A stretch of 64,000 nt of DNA from positions 1,503-65,502 of IMG/VR virus record IMGVR_UViG_3300038461_000042, one strand, 5' to 3'. This DNA comes from a virus (lineage: Duplodnaviria > Caudoviricetes). Position 1 is the first letter of the stretch. Each line of letters begins with the position of its first letter. A model generated the notes under the pieces. The model was not told the origin of the DNA. It did no database searches and worked only from the letters and a program-made list of their open reading frames with translations. Shown piece by piece: positions 8,541 to 16,821 of this stretch. A program made the translations under genes and the position numbers.

Positions 8541-9860
8541 CTAACGAGTATAGTCTGGTAAAACCTCGCGCGTGGTTCCATCTGAGAAGCGCATGGTTTC
8601 CTGATTGAAGTAAGATATAACCGTTCCGGTTGGGCCGTTTCTGTGTTTGGCTATAATTAATTCTCTTGGGTCTATCTCGGATTTTTGATAGATAAAAATT
8701 ACCTGGTCCGCATCTTGCTCAATATTGCCACTCTCTCGCAGGTCTGACAAAACCGGCTTCTTCTCTCCACGCCCCTCCACCGCGCGATTGAGTTGCGCTG
8801 CCGCCAGAATGGGGATGTCCAGTTCCTTCGCAAGTGCCTTTAATCCTCTAGTGACTTCGCCAATGTCCAAGTCTCTCCGATCGTTTTTTTGGTCTGCATT
8901 TGCCAGTTGAATGTAATCCAAAGCAATAAAGTCGGCCTTGTGTTTTCGGGATTCGGAACGTATCTGACCTATTCGAATCGCCGGAAGGTCGCAAATAACA
9001 ATTGGCAGTCCTGATAGCCCATCGGCGGCCTGTTGGTATTTTTCCTGTTCATCCTCGCGTATATTCCCATTCATAATCCGAAAGGCAGAGATACCAGATA
9101 GTTGTGAGATAAATCTTTGGGTAATGGACACTCCGCTCATTTCAACAGAGAATAAAAGCCCGCGTTTTCCATTATCTGCCGCATTCAAGAGTATCGTACA
9201 AAGTAAGGCGGTTTTCCCAAGCCCCGGCCTAGCCGCGACTACAATCAATTCCTGCTTCTGAATGGCGATAATCTTATCGAGATCGTTCAATCCGGTCTTT
9301 AATGCCCGTTCTCCTTTCGAGGCTTTGTCGGTTGCGTCCATGGCTTTGGCAACCGCCTCGTCCATCCCCATGGTATGAGTAAGTATTTTCCCTGAGTGGA
9401 GAACCATTTTGCTAAATTCGTTTTCCACGTCTGCGACAATGGCAGAGGCGGTGCGTCCATTGGTTGCCCAAGTTGCTATCTTATTTGCCACTTCCCGCAG
9501 AGCGCGCTTCTGTGCATAATCTGATACTGTGACCGCGTAACTCTCCCCGCTTCCCTTGACAGTGTAAACGTCCCTGATACAACTCAACGCAGCCCTTCCG
9601 GTAAACTGTTTGTTGTCTGGAATTTGAAAGTCTTGTAGTCTCCCCATTCTTTCCAATTCATCGGCAAGGACAATCATGTCCAACTTCATACCAGAAGTAA
9701 TAATATTTTGCATAGCCTCCCAAGCCCACCCAAAACAAGCCCACGAAAAATCGCACGGTCTGACAATATCGGCCAGAGCAGAATATTCTTCTGGATGTCT
9801 TAGCGCGTGGGCAAGAATGGCGGTTTCCGATTCTCGATTGGCGATAATGGGTTCATTCAT
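8541..9860 (-). CDS. dnaB: Replicative DNA helicase
   Basis: Walker A ARPGLGKT, FSVEMS, DYIQL, AQLNR, DLRESGNIEQDAD and KHRNGPTG. Confidence 0.95.
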   Translation of the reverse strand: MNEPIIANRESETAILAHALRHPEEYSALADIVRPCDFSWACFGWAWEAMQNIITSGMKLDMIVLADELERMGRLQDFQIPDNKQFTGRAALSCIRDVYTVKGSGESYAVTVSDYAQKRALREVANKIATWATNGRTASAIVADVENEFSKMVLHSGKILTHTMGMDEAVAKAMDATDKASKGERALKTGLNDLDKIIAIQKQELIVVAARPGLGKTALLCTILLNAADNGKRGLLFSVEMSGVSITQRFISQLSGISAFRIMNGNIREDEQEKYQQAADGLSGLPIVICDLPAIRIGQIRSESRKHKADFIALDYIQLANADQKNDRRDLDIGEVTRGLKALAKELDIPILAAAQLNRAVEGRGEKKPVLSDLRESGNIEQDADQVIFIYQKSEIDPRELIIAKHRNGPTGTVISYFNQETMRFSDGTTREVLPDYTR

Positions 9861-10053
9861 TAAGCAACACCTCCAAGCAATCTGCCTCGTCTTGTACCCC
9901 CTCCAATAAATGTGCTAGACCGTTTTCGTAATCTTCTTCCATTTCAAAGATGGCGTTCACTTGCTTACAGAGATAGGACGGGACAGGTATATCACAATTT
10001 ACATAACTCCCAAACTTACGAATCGTATCGGAAACTATTGTTTGCAGGCTCAT
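9853..10053 (-). CDS. Hypothetical protein between initiator and helicase
   Basis: 66 aa, overlapping both neighbours. Confidence 0.5.
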   Translation of the reverse strand: MSLQTIVSDTIRKFGSYVNCDIPVPSYLCKQVNAIFEMEEDYENGLAHLLEGVQDEADCLEVLLNE

Positions 10054-10895
10054 AGCATTCCCTTTTCTTCCAGTTCTTGTACCGTAGGATAATGCCTTTC
10101 TTCCGGTTCTTGCTCAAAAGCCAGCGGCCAATCTTCCCATACATTTGACGGTTTCCTGCCATACCATTGAATCCGCTGTGGCCTGTCCTTTTGTCGATTA
10201 ACCCACTTTACGAAGCCCTCAACCGTTCCTGTGCCTTTCTGGACGGCATCTACAATCAGTCGCGCAACCCTGTCCCATTCCCTGTTTTCCCCATATTTCG
10301 GCCAATTCGGATTGAGGTGGGAAAGACCTTCGATGACCGCCTGGGCAGAGCTGTTTTCGGGGAAAAGGTCGTCTGGCGAAACCGCGCGCCCCATAATTAT
10401 CGCAGCCTCGATTCCCCTAATATTCTTGATTGAGGATTGTCGAGTCTTGCCTTTTTCCTTTGAAGTGATACCCTCGTTAATTGGGGCGTTAACTGGGGCG
10501 TTAACGTCAACCCCAGAGGTTGATGGGGTGTCAACTACTGGTGTTGATGGGGGGGTATCATCACAGTTTACGGGGTCTAGTTCATCAGGCAGCTCTTGGT
10601 AATCAAACCTGATACGAATAAGATTAGATCGACGCGCACCAGATTCTTTATCATACCTGGGATGGATTTCCAAGTATCCTTTTGCTTGTAGGATTTGAAT
10701 GTCGCGACTTACTGCTTGTTTACTTTTTCCTAAAATGTCCCCAATTGTTTGTAGTTTCGGAAAACACCATCCATTCTTATCTCCAAAAATTCCGAGCGCA
10801 GCAAGAGTCCTATATGCGCTATCTGACAACTCTTTGTCTGCTACTGCCTTCGCTGGCGCAATTGAAAATCTTTGATTTCCCATAATGTCACTCAT
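10050..10895 (-). CDS. Replication initiator (N-terminal HTH_36-like)
   Basis: GWCFPKLQTIGDILGKSKQAVSRDIQIL wHTH, Pro/Thr linker with DNA repeats, upstream of dnaB. Confidence 0.75.
   Translation of the reverse strand: MSDIMGNQRFSIAPAKAVADKELSDSAYRTLAALGIFGDKNGWCFPKLQTIGDILGKSKQAVSRDIQILQAKGYLEIHPRYDKESGARRSNLIRIRFDYQELPDELDPVNCDDTPPSTPVVDTPSTSGVDVNAPVNAPINEGITSKEKGKTRQSSIKNIRGIEAAIIMGRAVSPDDLFPENSSAQAVIEGLSHLNPNWPKYGENREWDRVARLIVDAVQKGTGTVEGFVKWVNRQKDRPQRIQWYGRKPSNVWEDWPLAFEQEPEERHYPTVQELEEKGML
10475..10562. repeat. Iteron-like repeats inside the initiator gene (candidate origin)
   Basis: TGGGGCGTTAAC twice and GTCAAC-N-GTTGATGGGG twice in the linker region. Confidence 0.45.
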
Positions 10896-10904
10896 AAATC
10901 AAAT

Positions 10905-11003
10905 CTCCTCTTGGGTGAACCTGTGGCCTTGTGGGGGAACAACCAGTTAAGGGGTTCAGACCACAAGCCCACCCAAGAGGAGGCTTGAACCTGATTGTTC
11001 CCA
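10905..11003 (-). promoter_or_regulatory. Structured 5' leader sequestering the initiator RBS
   Basis: CTCCTCTTGGGTG/CACCCAAGAGGAG stem containing the GAGGAG RBS; upstream GGGAACAATCAGGTTCA is complementary to the loop. Confidence 0.55.
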
Positions 11004-11019
11004 TTCCACGTAATTAATT

Positions 11020-11214
11020 TTACTCTTTAGCGCCGTCGGTGTCAAGCACGTATCTGCAATACTCTATTTTCGCCCATTGCGCGGTCAATTTTTCATTCCA
11101 TCCGCAATAATCCTGAATGGGACGAAAATGACCACAATCAATAAAATATCTTCCCACCAGCTTGCATGGGCAATTCTGGCAATTGTAACTGCCGTCGCCA
11201 TCGTTATTCCACAC
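11020..11214 (-). CDS. Cys-rich hypothetical protein
   Basis: 64 aa with CQNCPC…C…C. Confidence 0.4.
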   Translation of the reverse strand: MWNNDGDGSYNCQNCPCKLVGRYFIDCGHFRPIQDYCGWNEKLTAQWAKIEYCRYVLDTDGAKE

Positions 11215-11418
11215 AAATAACCAAGAAAAAATTTATCAAACATCATTTCCTCTCAATCTTTATCCACTTTATATCTTGGTGGCTTGACAGAGTTTTGAAC
11301 ACAACTCCTGCCGCGACGATATATATTACCAATGGGCATAAACTATTCAGCCATTGCAGAACATGCCCCAAGGCGAAGTAGATTGTATTATACAGGGTGA
11401 CGTAGAAAAAGAAGTCGG

Positions 11419-11913
11419 TCATGGCAATGACCCTATAATTGAGTCGTCCAATCCATCGTCAAAGGGGTGTGGTTCTTTGGTTGGCTCAGGGTGGGAGGCT
11501 AGAAAGGTATCTATTTCATTCTCAAAATCACCATTTATATTCCACGCCCCTCCCCCCTCATAGTGTGCCATCTCGTTTTCTCGTTGGGCTTTGGCAATTA
11601 TGCGCCGCGCCTCCGCCAGTTCAGCCTTCGCCGCGGCAAGATCGGCGCGAATATCTTTGGTTTCAACGTGTTCGTTCTCATAATTCTCAAGCCACTTTAT
11701 ACCGGCACCCTGTTCTGGAATTTCATTCCACTCGCCTTCGTGATATTGAGAATAATTGTCTATTACTTCCCATGCTTTTGCCAATTCTGCCTCTTTAGTA
11801 GCGAGATTGGCGCGAAGCTGGGCAAGTTCTCCGCGGGCAAGTCTGCCATTGTTGCTTGCCTGTTTATTTCGGTCATTTTCTAAATTGGCTACAGCTACAT
11901 CAAGTGCGCTCAT
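11419..11913 (-). CDS. Hypothetical coiled-coil protein
   Basis: 164 aa; AGGAG RBS; internally duplicated LRANLATKEAELA / IRADLAAAKAELA. Confidence 0.6.
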   Translation of the reverse strand: MSALDVAVANLENDRNKQASNNGRLARGELAQLRANLATKEAELAKAWEVIDNYSQYHEGEWNEIPEQGAGIKWLENYENEHVETKDIRADLAAAKAELAEARRIIAKAQRENEMAHYEGGGAWNINGDFENEIDTFLASHPEPTKEPHPFDDGLDDSIIGSLP

Positions 11914-12644
11914 TCTCGCTCCTTTGGGAATATCATTTCTACTGCCATGTCCGCCAATTTATCAAAATTAATATTGGCATCGGCGGCATAGGCGGCATGG
12001 GCGGCGACATCGGCGGCATAGGCGGCATGGGCGGCGGCATAGGCGGCATGGGCGGCGGCATCGGCGGCATAGGCGGCATAGGCGGCGGCATCGGCGGCAT
12101 AGGCGGCATAGGCGGCGGCATAGGCGGCATAGGCGGCGGCATAGGCGGCGGCATGGGCGGCGGCATCGGCGGCATAGGCGGCATAGGCGGCATCGGCGGC
12201 ATGGGCGGAAGGATTGCTTAAATACGCTTTGGCGGCTTCGATTGCTTTTCTAGGCACATTGTTTTGTGGATACTTTTTCTCATAAATTCCCAAAACCGCC
12301 TCAGCACACAAAATTGCAAATGCAACTTGGACAAGATTAGCCTTATTGGAATTGACCCAACCCGGAACGTCTAATTGTTTCGTAATTGACAATGAGAAAC
12401 AACCGACCTTCCCCCAATCTGACACGCATGGTTTTCCATTGCATTCCCACACGATAGGATTGTCAATATTGGCATGGCAAGAATTGAGCAGGAACGCGAG
12501 ATTGAGATTGGTGTAAGCATGAAATACACCTTTGGAACACAATTCCGGTTTTTTACATGCTTTCTTTTTATGGGTTTTACCCACGCTCCAATGAGTATTG
12601 TTTTGTGTATTTCCTTCTTGGTCGGTGAGTTTATATAGAATCAT
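11910..12644 (-). CDS. DUF7666-like/Imm5-like phage protein with Ala-rich tandem repeat
   Basis: YKLTD…LCSKGVFHAY N-terminal domain, CAEAVL…PRKAIEAAKAYL helix, then (A/Y/D/H) repeat tract. Confidence 0.6.
   Translation of the reverse strand: MILYKLTDQEGNTQNNTHWSVGKTHKKKACKKPELCSKGVFHAYTNLNLAFLLNSCHANIDNPIVWECNGKPCVSDWGKVGCFSLSITKQLDVPGWVNSNKANLVQVAFAILCAEAVLGIYEKKYPQNNVPRKAIEAAKAYLSNPSAHAADAAYAAYAADAAAHAAAYAAAYAAYAAAYAAYAADAAAYAAYAADAAAHAAYAAAHAAYAADVAAHAAYAADANINFDKLADMAVEMIFPKERE
11976..12208. repeat. Low-complexity tandem repeat (GGC)2-3-AT(A/C/G) units
   Basis: About 230 bp of ggcggcata / ggcggcatc / ggcggcatg units. Confidence 0.95.
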
Positions 12645-12846
12645 TGTCTCCTTCTTTCTTCGGGAATATCCAGGTGGTCAATGTTCCGTTAGATTGCCGA
12701 AACAGATAAACGGTATCTGCCCCGAATTTCGCCGCCCATTCCTTGGCTTCCTGTTCATCCCTACAATTCCAAGTAGAGAGCATATTGCCATGGGGAAGGG
12801 CGGATAGGCGGTCGAGAGTTATGATGGAAATATCAGAGGGGGTCAT
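12631..12846 (-). CDS. Hypothetical protein
   Basis: Probable start at MTPSD after GGGG; overlaps the next gene. Confidence 0.45.
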   Translation of the reverse strand: MTPSDISIITLDRLSALPHGNMLSTWNCRDEQEAKEWAAKFGADTVYLFRQSNGTLTTWIFPKKEGDNDSI

Positions 12847-13005
12847 TTCATCCCCACCCTTCTGATATACAATGGGATAAACCCAAACAGAAACCATCCC
12901 TCGCAACTCCACTGTTTATCATCGCCACCGAACCGCTTCATATTTTTGAACCACTGTTTATAAACTATCATGGTATCTCCTCTCAGATATTCCTCTGCCC
13001 GATCA

Positions 13006-13404
13006 TTAGGGTTTCATGTGGATTAAGGTGTGGTGGTAGCGACATAACCAAATTATCTCTTTTGGTTTTGAATAATCGGGGTGGTGCCTTTGTCCAATAT
13101 TATCACATCCCTCTATTGAACATTTTTGTGGGACGGGATATATTCTTCTTGCCATAGCCTGGGCATTGGTTTTGTTTTTGTTTTTTTCTGCATATCTTTT
13201 GTCTCGGTCTTTTTTAGTACGATCTTCTCCTTTTTTTCGGTGTTGGCGAGATGGATAATTTCTCCGAATAAATCTTGTTTCATTTGTTTTTCTTTTTATG
13301 TTTCTGCATATTCTGCACTCATATTCTAATCCGTCTTTATATCTACTCCTTTTCGTGAAGTTGGATTCATCCAAATATTTTTTGCAAACAGAACATTTTT
13401 TCAT
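13006..13404 (-). CDS. HNH-like endonuclease with N-terminal Zn finger
   Basis: KKCSVCKK…CRIC, then CSIEGC…HHPDYSKP…WLCRYHH; start at MKKC after AGGA. Confidence 0.75.
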   Translation of the reverse strand: MKKCSVCKKYLDESNFTKRSRYKDGLEYECRICRNIKRKTNETRFIRRNYPSRQHRKKGEDRTKKDRDKRYAEKNKNKTNAQAMARRIYPVPQKCSIEGCDNIGQRHHPDYSKPKEIIWLCRYHHTLIHMKP

Positions 13405-13422
13405 GGTCATTCCTAGGCAAAA

Positions 13423-13531
13423 TCCCGCATCCAACCCATTAACTCTGCCAAGAGATACCGACGCGAAGTCGGATGGATTGGATGCGGGAAATTGTAAAGG
13501 AAAATTCGCGCTCATTGGTATCTCTTGGCAA
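13423..13531 (-). promoter_or_regulatory. Structured leader upstream of the HNH gene
   Basis: CCCGCATCCAA…TTGGATGCGGG stem; its loop carries GGTATCTCTTGGCA, complementary to upstream TGCCAAGAGATACC (14 nt). Confidence 0.55.
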
Positions 13532-13570
13532 TCTCTAGTATATCACAAAACACAGAGCAGAGGGATGGGA

Positions 13571-13930
13571 TTATTTGCCACCTATAGACGACAAAACATT
13601 GGTGATTGCGTAATAGTATGGATTGATAAGTGCCATAACAGCCATTACTAACAACCCAAACGCAACCAGTGTAAAAACGGCAGATCCACAGAAACATAGC
13701 GGTATTCCAAGTTCCCAATGTTTGTCAAATTTGCCATTCTTTTCATCCCTGTCGTATTGTGGCTTATTTGCCATTGCCAACCTGTATAGTAAAAATGCTA
13801 CGGCAATCAACATTAGCGCCCACAGAATATCGGCGACGGCGTAGACATAGACCTGCTTTACCAGAACGCCCCAAACGGTCGGGCTGGCAGATTTCACAAA
13901 GTCAATCAATTGTTGCAACGCCTCATTCAT
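13571..13930 (-). CDS. Two-TM membrane protein
   Basis: Start at MNEAL after AAAAGGA; two TM helices; NPYYYAI motif. Confidence 0.6.
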   Translation of the reverse strand: MNEALQQLIDFVKSASPTVWGVLVKQVYVYAVADILWALMLIAVAFLLYRLAMANKPQYDRDEKNGKFDKHWELGIPLCFCGSAVFTLVAFGLLVMAVMALINPYYYAITNVLSSIGGK

Positions 13931-13979
13931 GGTTATATCCTTTTCTGCGGGGGACGTTGTGCGCGTCCCCCGCGATAGA

Positions 13980-15140
13980 CTAGATGCTCTTTTTGTATTC
14001 GAGATACCAAGCATTTGCTTTTTCGGCAGAGGTTGTCGCCGATGGACTTTCCTTGGTTGCCTTCAGGGGACGTGCATTGCGATATTCTTTACCCCACGCC
14101 TTGATGAGTTCAGGGGTGGCGTTGGATGGAAGATTGGATAGTCCCAACATTCCACGCGCTCCAAAGTCGTTGAGGGCAAGACCTGCACCTATTAGGGCGT
14201 TTATTTGTTCTGGCGCCCAGACAATCTTTCCCGGTTCTTGTTTGGGTGCATCTCCAAACCCAAGATCGTGTAGGCTTTGTCCCTCGCTGCGCGGTTCTTG
14301 TGTTTCTGTCGGTACGTCCTGGGCGACCACATCGGTGATTTCATCGTCGTTTGCCCATTCGCGTTCGCCCTCATCGTCTTGCAGGGCTGAGCGCAGGGCG
14401 GCGGTTGCACTATCCTTTCCAGACATATCGCCCCATTTGATGAGTTCCCGGAAGCAGGTCTTGAGTTCCATGGCTTGCCGCATTTTGGGATTGTTCCATG
14501 GGCTTTTGGGATTATGGTATCCGGGCGAATACATTTCGGCGTGTTCGGAAATTTCCGCCATGCTCATGTAAACAGTTTTCTTGAAGCCCTTATTTGTCTC
14601 AAAGTATCCGAGATAGCCGATAATCTTCTTGTCGCCCGGGCCGTCCGTGACATCTTGATAGCCCTGCCCTTGCAGTTTCGAGAGTTTGTCGTTCTCAACC
14701 AAGAGGCCATTTTCTAGCATCAAGTAGTGGATGCCGGTCGTGCTGTGCTGCATGACGCGCTGTCCTTCGCGGACAGGGGTTACGTTGATGGCGTAGTATT
14801 TGCCGGTTCGTACCATCAGGGTATAGAGGCCGCGATAGTGAGGCCAGAACTCCGCCTTGCCGCTGATGGGGACAAGATAAGCCTGCTTCAATGCGGGATC
14901 GCAGGACAGTTCCAGAGAAGCCGCGCGCAATGCTGAGCGCAGGATGCTTTGCGGTTCGCATCTCATCAGGTCGCCGTTAGCAGTACAGGCAATCAGAACG
15001 CTTTGCACATAAGCATTGGCCTCGTTTCCAAGAACGGCCCTGAACTTCTGAATGATGTCTGGGCGGTGGAAATACTCGGCTAGGCTGTCGCCGGGCTGTG
15101 GCGCTTTCTGAATTGCTTTTGTTGGATCGGGTGCTGTCAT
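13980..15140 (-). CDS. recT: RecT/Redbeta-family single-strand annealing protein
   Basis: CEPQSIL…AASLEL, QAYLVP, YRGL…L, EHAEMYS…SPW…MELKT motifs. Confidence 0.85.
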   Translation of the reverse strand: MTAPDPTKAIQKAPQPGDSLAEYFHRPDIIQKFRAVLGNEANAYVQSVLIACTANGDLMRCEPQSILRSALRAASLELSCDPALKQAYLVPISGKAEFWPHYRGLYTLMVRTGKYYAINVTPVREGQRVMQHSTTGIHYLMLENGLLVENDKLSKLQGQGYQDVTDGPGDKKIIGYLGYFETNKGFKKTVYMSMAEISEHAEMYSPGYHNPKSPWNNPKMRQAMELKTCFRELIKWGDMSGKDSATAALRSALQDDEGEREWANDDEITDVVAQDVPTETQEPRSEGQSLHDLGFGDAPKQEPGKIVWAPEQINALIGAGLALNDFGARGMLGLSNLPSNATPELIKAWGKEYRNARPLKATKESPSATTSAEKANAWYLEYKKSI

Positions 15141-15173
15141 ATTTCTCCTCATCTTTCTCCGGTAATCGCCGGA

Positions 15174-15380
15174 CTAAAAGCCCTCGCGGGCAGAACTGAC
15201 TTCAAGGTCATGGTCTTTCTGTAGCTTCTGTTCTTCTGCCAATTCGAGTATCCAGGCGGCAAGTTCGTCTCCGCGCCGGCACGTGTCGCATAATTGCTGC
15301 AAGGGATTGTCGTTCAACCCAAGACAGCGTATACAGTGTTTCACTTCTGGAGCGGTATAGCCGTCATAAATCGGTTCCAT
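15174..15380 (-). CDS. Small Zn-finger protein
   Basis: CIRC…CDTC; GAGG RBS. Confidence 0.55.
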   Translation of the reverse strand: MEPIYDGYTAPEVKHCIRCLGLNDNPLQQLCDTCRRGDELAAWILELAEEQKLQKDHDLEVSSAREGF

Positions 15381-15383
15381 AAT

Positions 15384-16190
15384 TTACCTCGCTTTCCTGA
15401 TTTTGATGCGATTGCCATCTTTATCAACCTCATAGCATTTTCCAGCCACGCGCGGGGCTTTTACTTTATCTGGATAATTAGCGGGACAATGTACTACAAT
15501 CTCGCTCACCAGAACGGGACAGGCAACAAACTTGATTGCAGCGTGATTGTAATCTAAAGCAATTTGAGGGCAAGACGAGAAGTGTAACCCCCCGCCGCAT
15601 TCCGGTTCGGGATTCCAATCGGGGGCTTTGGGTGATTTTCCGGGGGCATAGAATATATTTACTTTGCGGGCATAGGAAGTTGAATAATCAGCGTCAACGG
15701 CCTTGAATAAAATAGCCTTGCCATTTTTTGTTGGTACACCATAGAATGCAAGCCACTTTTCAGCAGTATCAATTATAGGAGCATACACTATGGTTGCGCA
15801 AATTTTGTTGATGATTTTCCCGTCAAATCCAGGCATAACCATCAAAACGGCAGACGAGGAAACGAGGGTAATTTTACCGTGATATGCCCGAATAAAGGAG
15901 TTTTCCCACGCCGTGACTTGGGAGTTATCCCACGCTGCGACTTGGGAGTTTTCCCGCGCCGTGACTTGGGAGTTTCCCCACGCCGTGACTTGGGAGTTTT
16001 CCCGCGCCGTGACTTGGGAGTTATCCCACGCTGCGACTTGGGAGTTTTCCCGCGCCGTGACTTGGGAGTTTCCCCGCGCCGTGACTTGGGAGTTTTCCCA
16101 CGCCGTGACTTGGGAGTTATCCCACGCCGTGACTTGGGAGTTTCCCCGCGCCGTGTATTTATCTGATGCGCCTATTTCTTTGTATTCCAT
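15384..16190 (-). CDS. Octapeptide-repeat (beta-helix-like) protein with DUF7666-like C-terminus
   Basis: About ten A(W/R)(D/E/G)NSQV(T/A) repeats; C-terminal FKAV…ECGGGLHF…KVKAP; GAGGAG RBS. Confidence 0.7.
   Translation of the reverse strand: MEYKEIGASDKYTARGNSQVTAWDNSQVTAWENSQVTARGNSQVTARENSQVAAWDNSQVTARENSQVTAWGNSQVTARENSQVAAWDNSQVTAWENSFIRAYHGKITLVSSSAVLMVMPGFDGKIINKICATIVYAPIIDTAEKWLAFYGVPTKNGKAILFKAVDADYSTSYARKVNIFYAPGKSPKAPDWNPEPECGGGLHFSSCPQIALDYNHAAIKFVACPVLVSEIVVHCPANYPDKVKAPRVAGKCYEVDKDGNRIKIRKAR
15895..16155. repeat. 24-bp tandem repeat, about 10.5 copies (coding)
   Basis: Units like cgccgtgacttgggagttttccca. Confidence 0.95.
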
Positions 16191-16448
16191 ATTCTCCTCA
16201 CTTTCCTTTTATCTTCAAGTGCCAGTGCAACCCGTTCTTTGAACCCTTCGCCGGGTCGGGAGGTCTGTGCAAGAAGTTGGTCATAGGGATCAACTCATCC
16301 CGACTGGGGGTAAGTTTGAGCGTGTTCTTGGTGCCGGATTGCTGAACGGATATTTTCATAGTATTGCCATTGCGGGCCGCTGGTTTGCACAGCGAACTAC
16401 GGGGTATGAACCCATCGTGATACTATTTCACCAGCCCGCGTCGTGTAA

Positions 16449-16709
16449 CTATCCTTCATCCTGAAATGCTTTTCCAAGCTCACTCGATGGCGCGCGTACG
16501 AATTTATGAAGATATTCTTCGAGGGCGGGGTCGTCTGGAATAAGCGTCCAGCGATAGCCGAGTTTTTGAGCGATATTATCAGATACGTTTGACCGCTCAT
16601 TAAGAATGTCGCTGAGATAGGCGCAGGAAATTCCAAATTCTTCTGCAACCGCTTTTTGGCTTCCCGCTTCTTCCACTTTTTTACGAAGTGCCTTTACCGC
16701 ATCGTTCAT
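16449..16709 (-). CDS. Cro/XRE-like HTH regulator
   Basis: SQKAVAEEFGISCAYLSDILNER HTH; AAGGAG RBS; first gene of the leftward operon. Confidence 0.85.
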   Translation of the reverse strand: MNDAVKALRKKVEEAGSQKAVAEEFGISCAYLSDILNERSNVSDNIAQKLGYRWTLIPDDPALEEYLHKFVRAPSSELGKAFQDEG

Positions 16710-16729
16710 AGCTTACTCCTTTTCCATTT

Positions 16730-16780
16730 ATTATAAGCACTTTTGCTAATTTGTCAATAGGCTAATTTTATAGTATAATG
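16730..16780. promoter_or_regulatory. Divergent promoters with operator-like repeats
   Basis: Minus strand TTGACA(16757-52)-16-TATAAT(16735-30); plus strand TATAAT near 16774; GCTAATTT twice. Confidence 0.6.
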
Positions 16781-16804
16781 GGAAGAGTTTCCGATACGTC
16801 TAGT

Positions 16805-16821
16805 GCTTTCAAGAGAGGATG
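16805..16821 (+). repeat. 17-bp direct repeat, left of rtcB
   Basis: GCTTTCAAGAGAGGATG, identical to 17979-17995. Confidence 0.85.

Noticed and set aside
11856-12221. Gly-rich and Pro/Met-rich ORFs
   Set aside because: These are alternative frames of the GCC repeat inside 11910-12644.
13984-14571. Long antisense ORFs here and opposite terL, portal and tail genes
   Set aside because: They are shadows of well-supported genes on the other strand.
15895-16155. 24-bp repeats as a CRISPR array
   Set aside because: The units are contiguous with no unique spacers, are in frame in a protein, and no cas genes are present.
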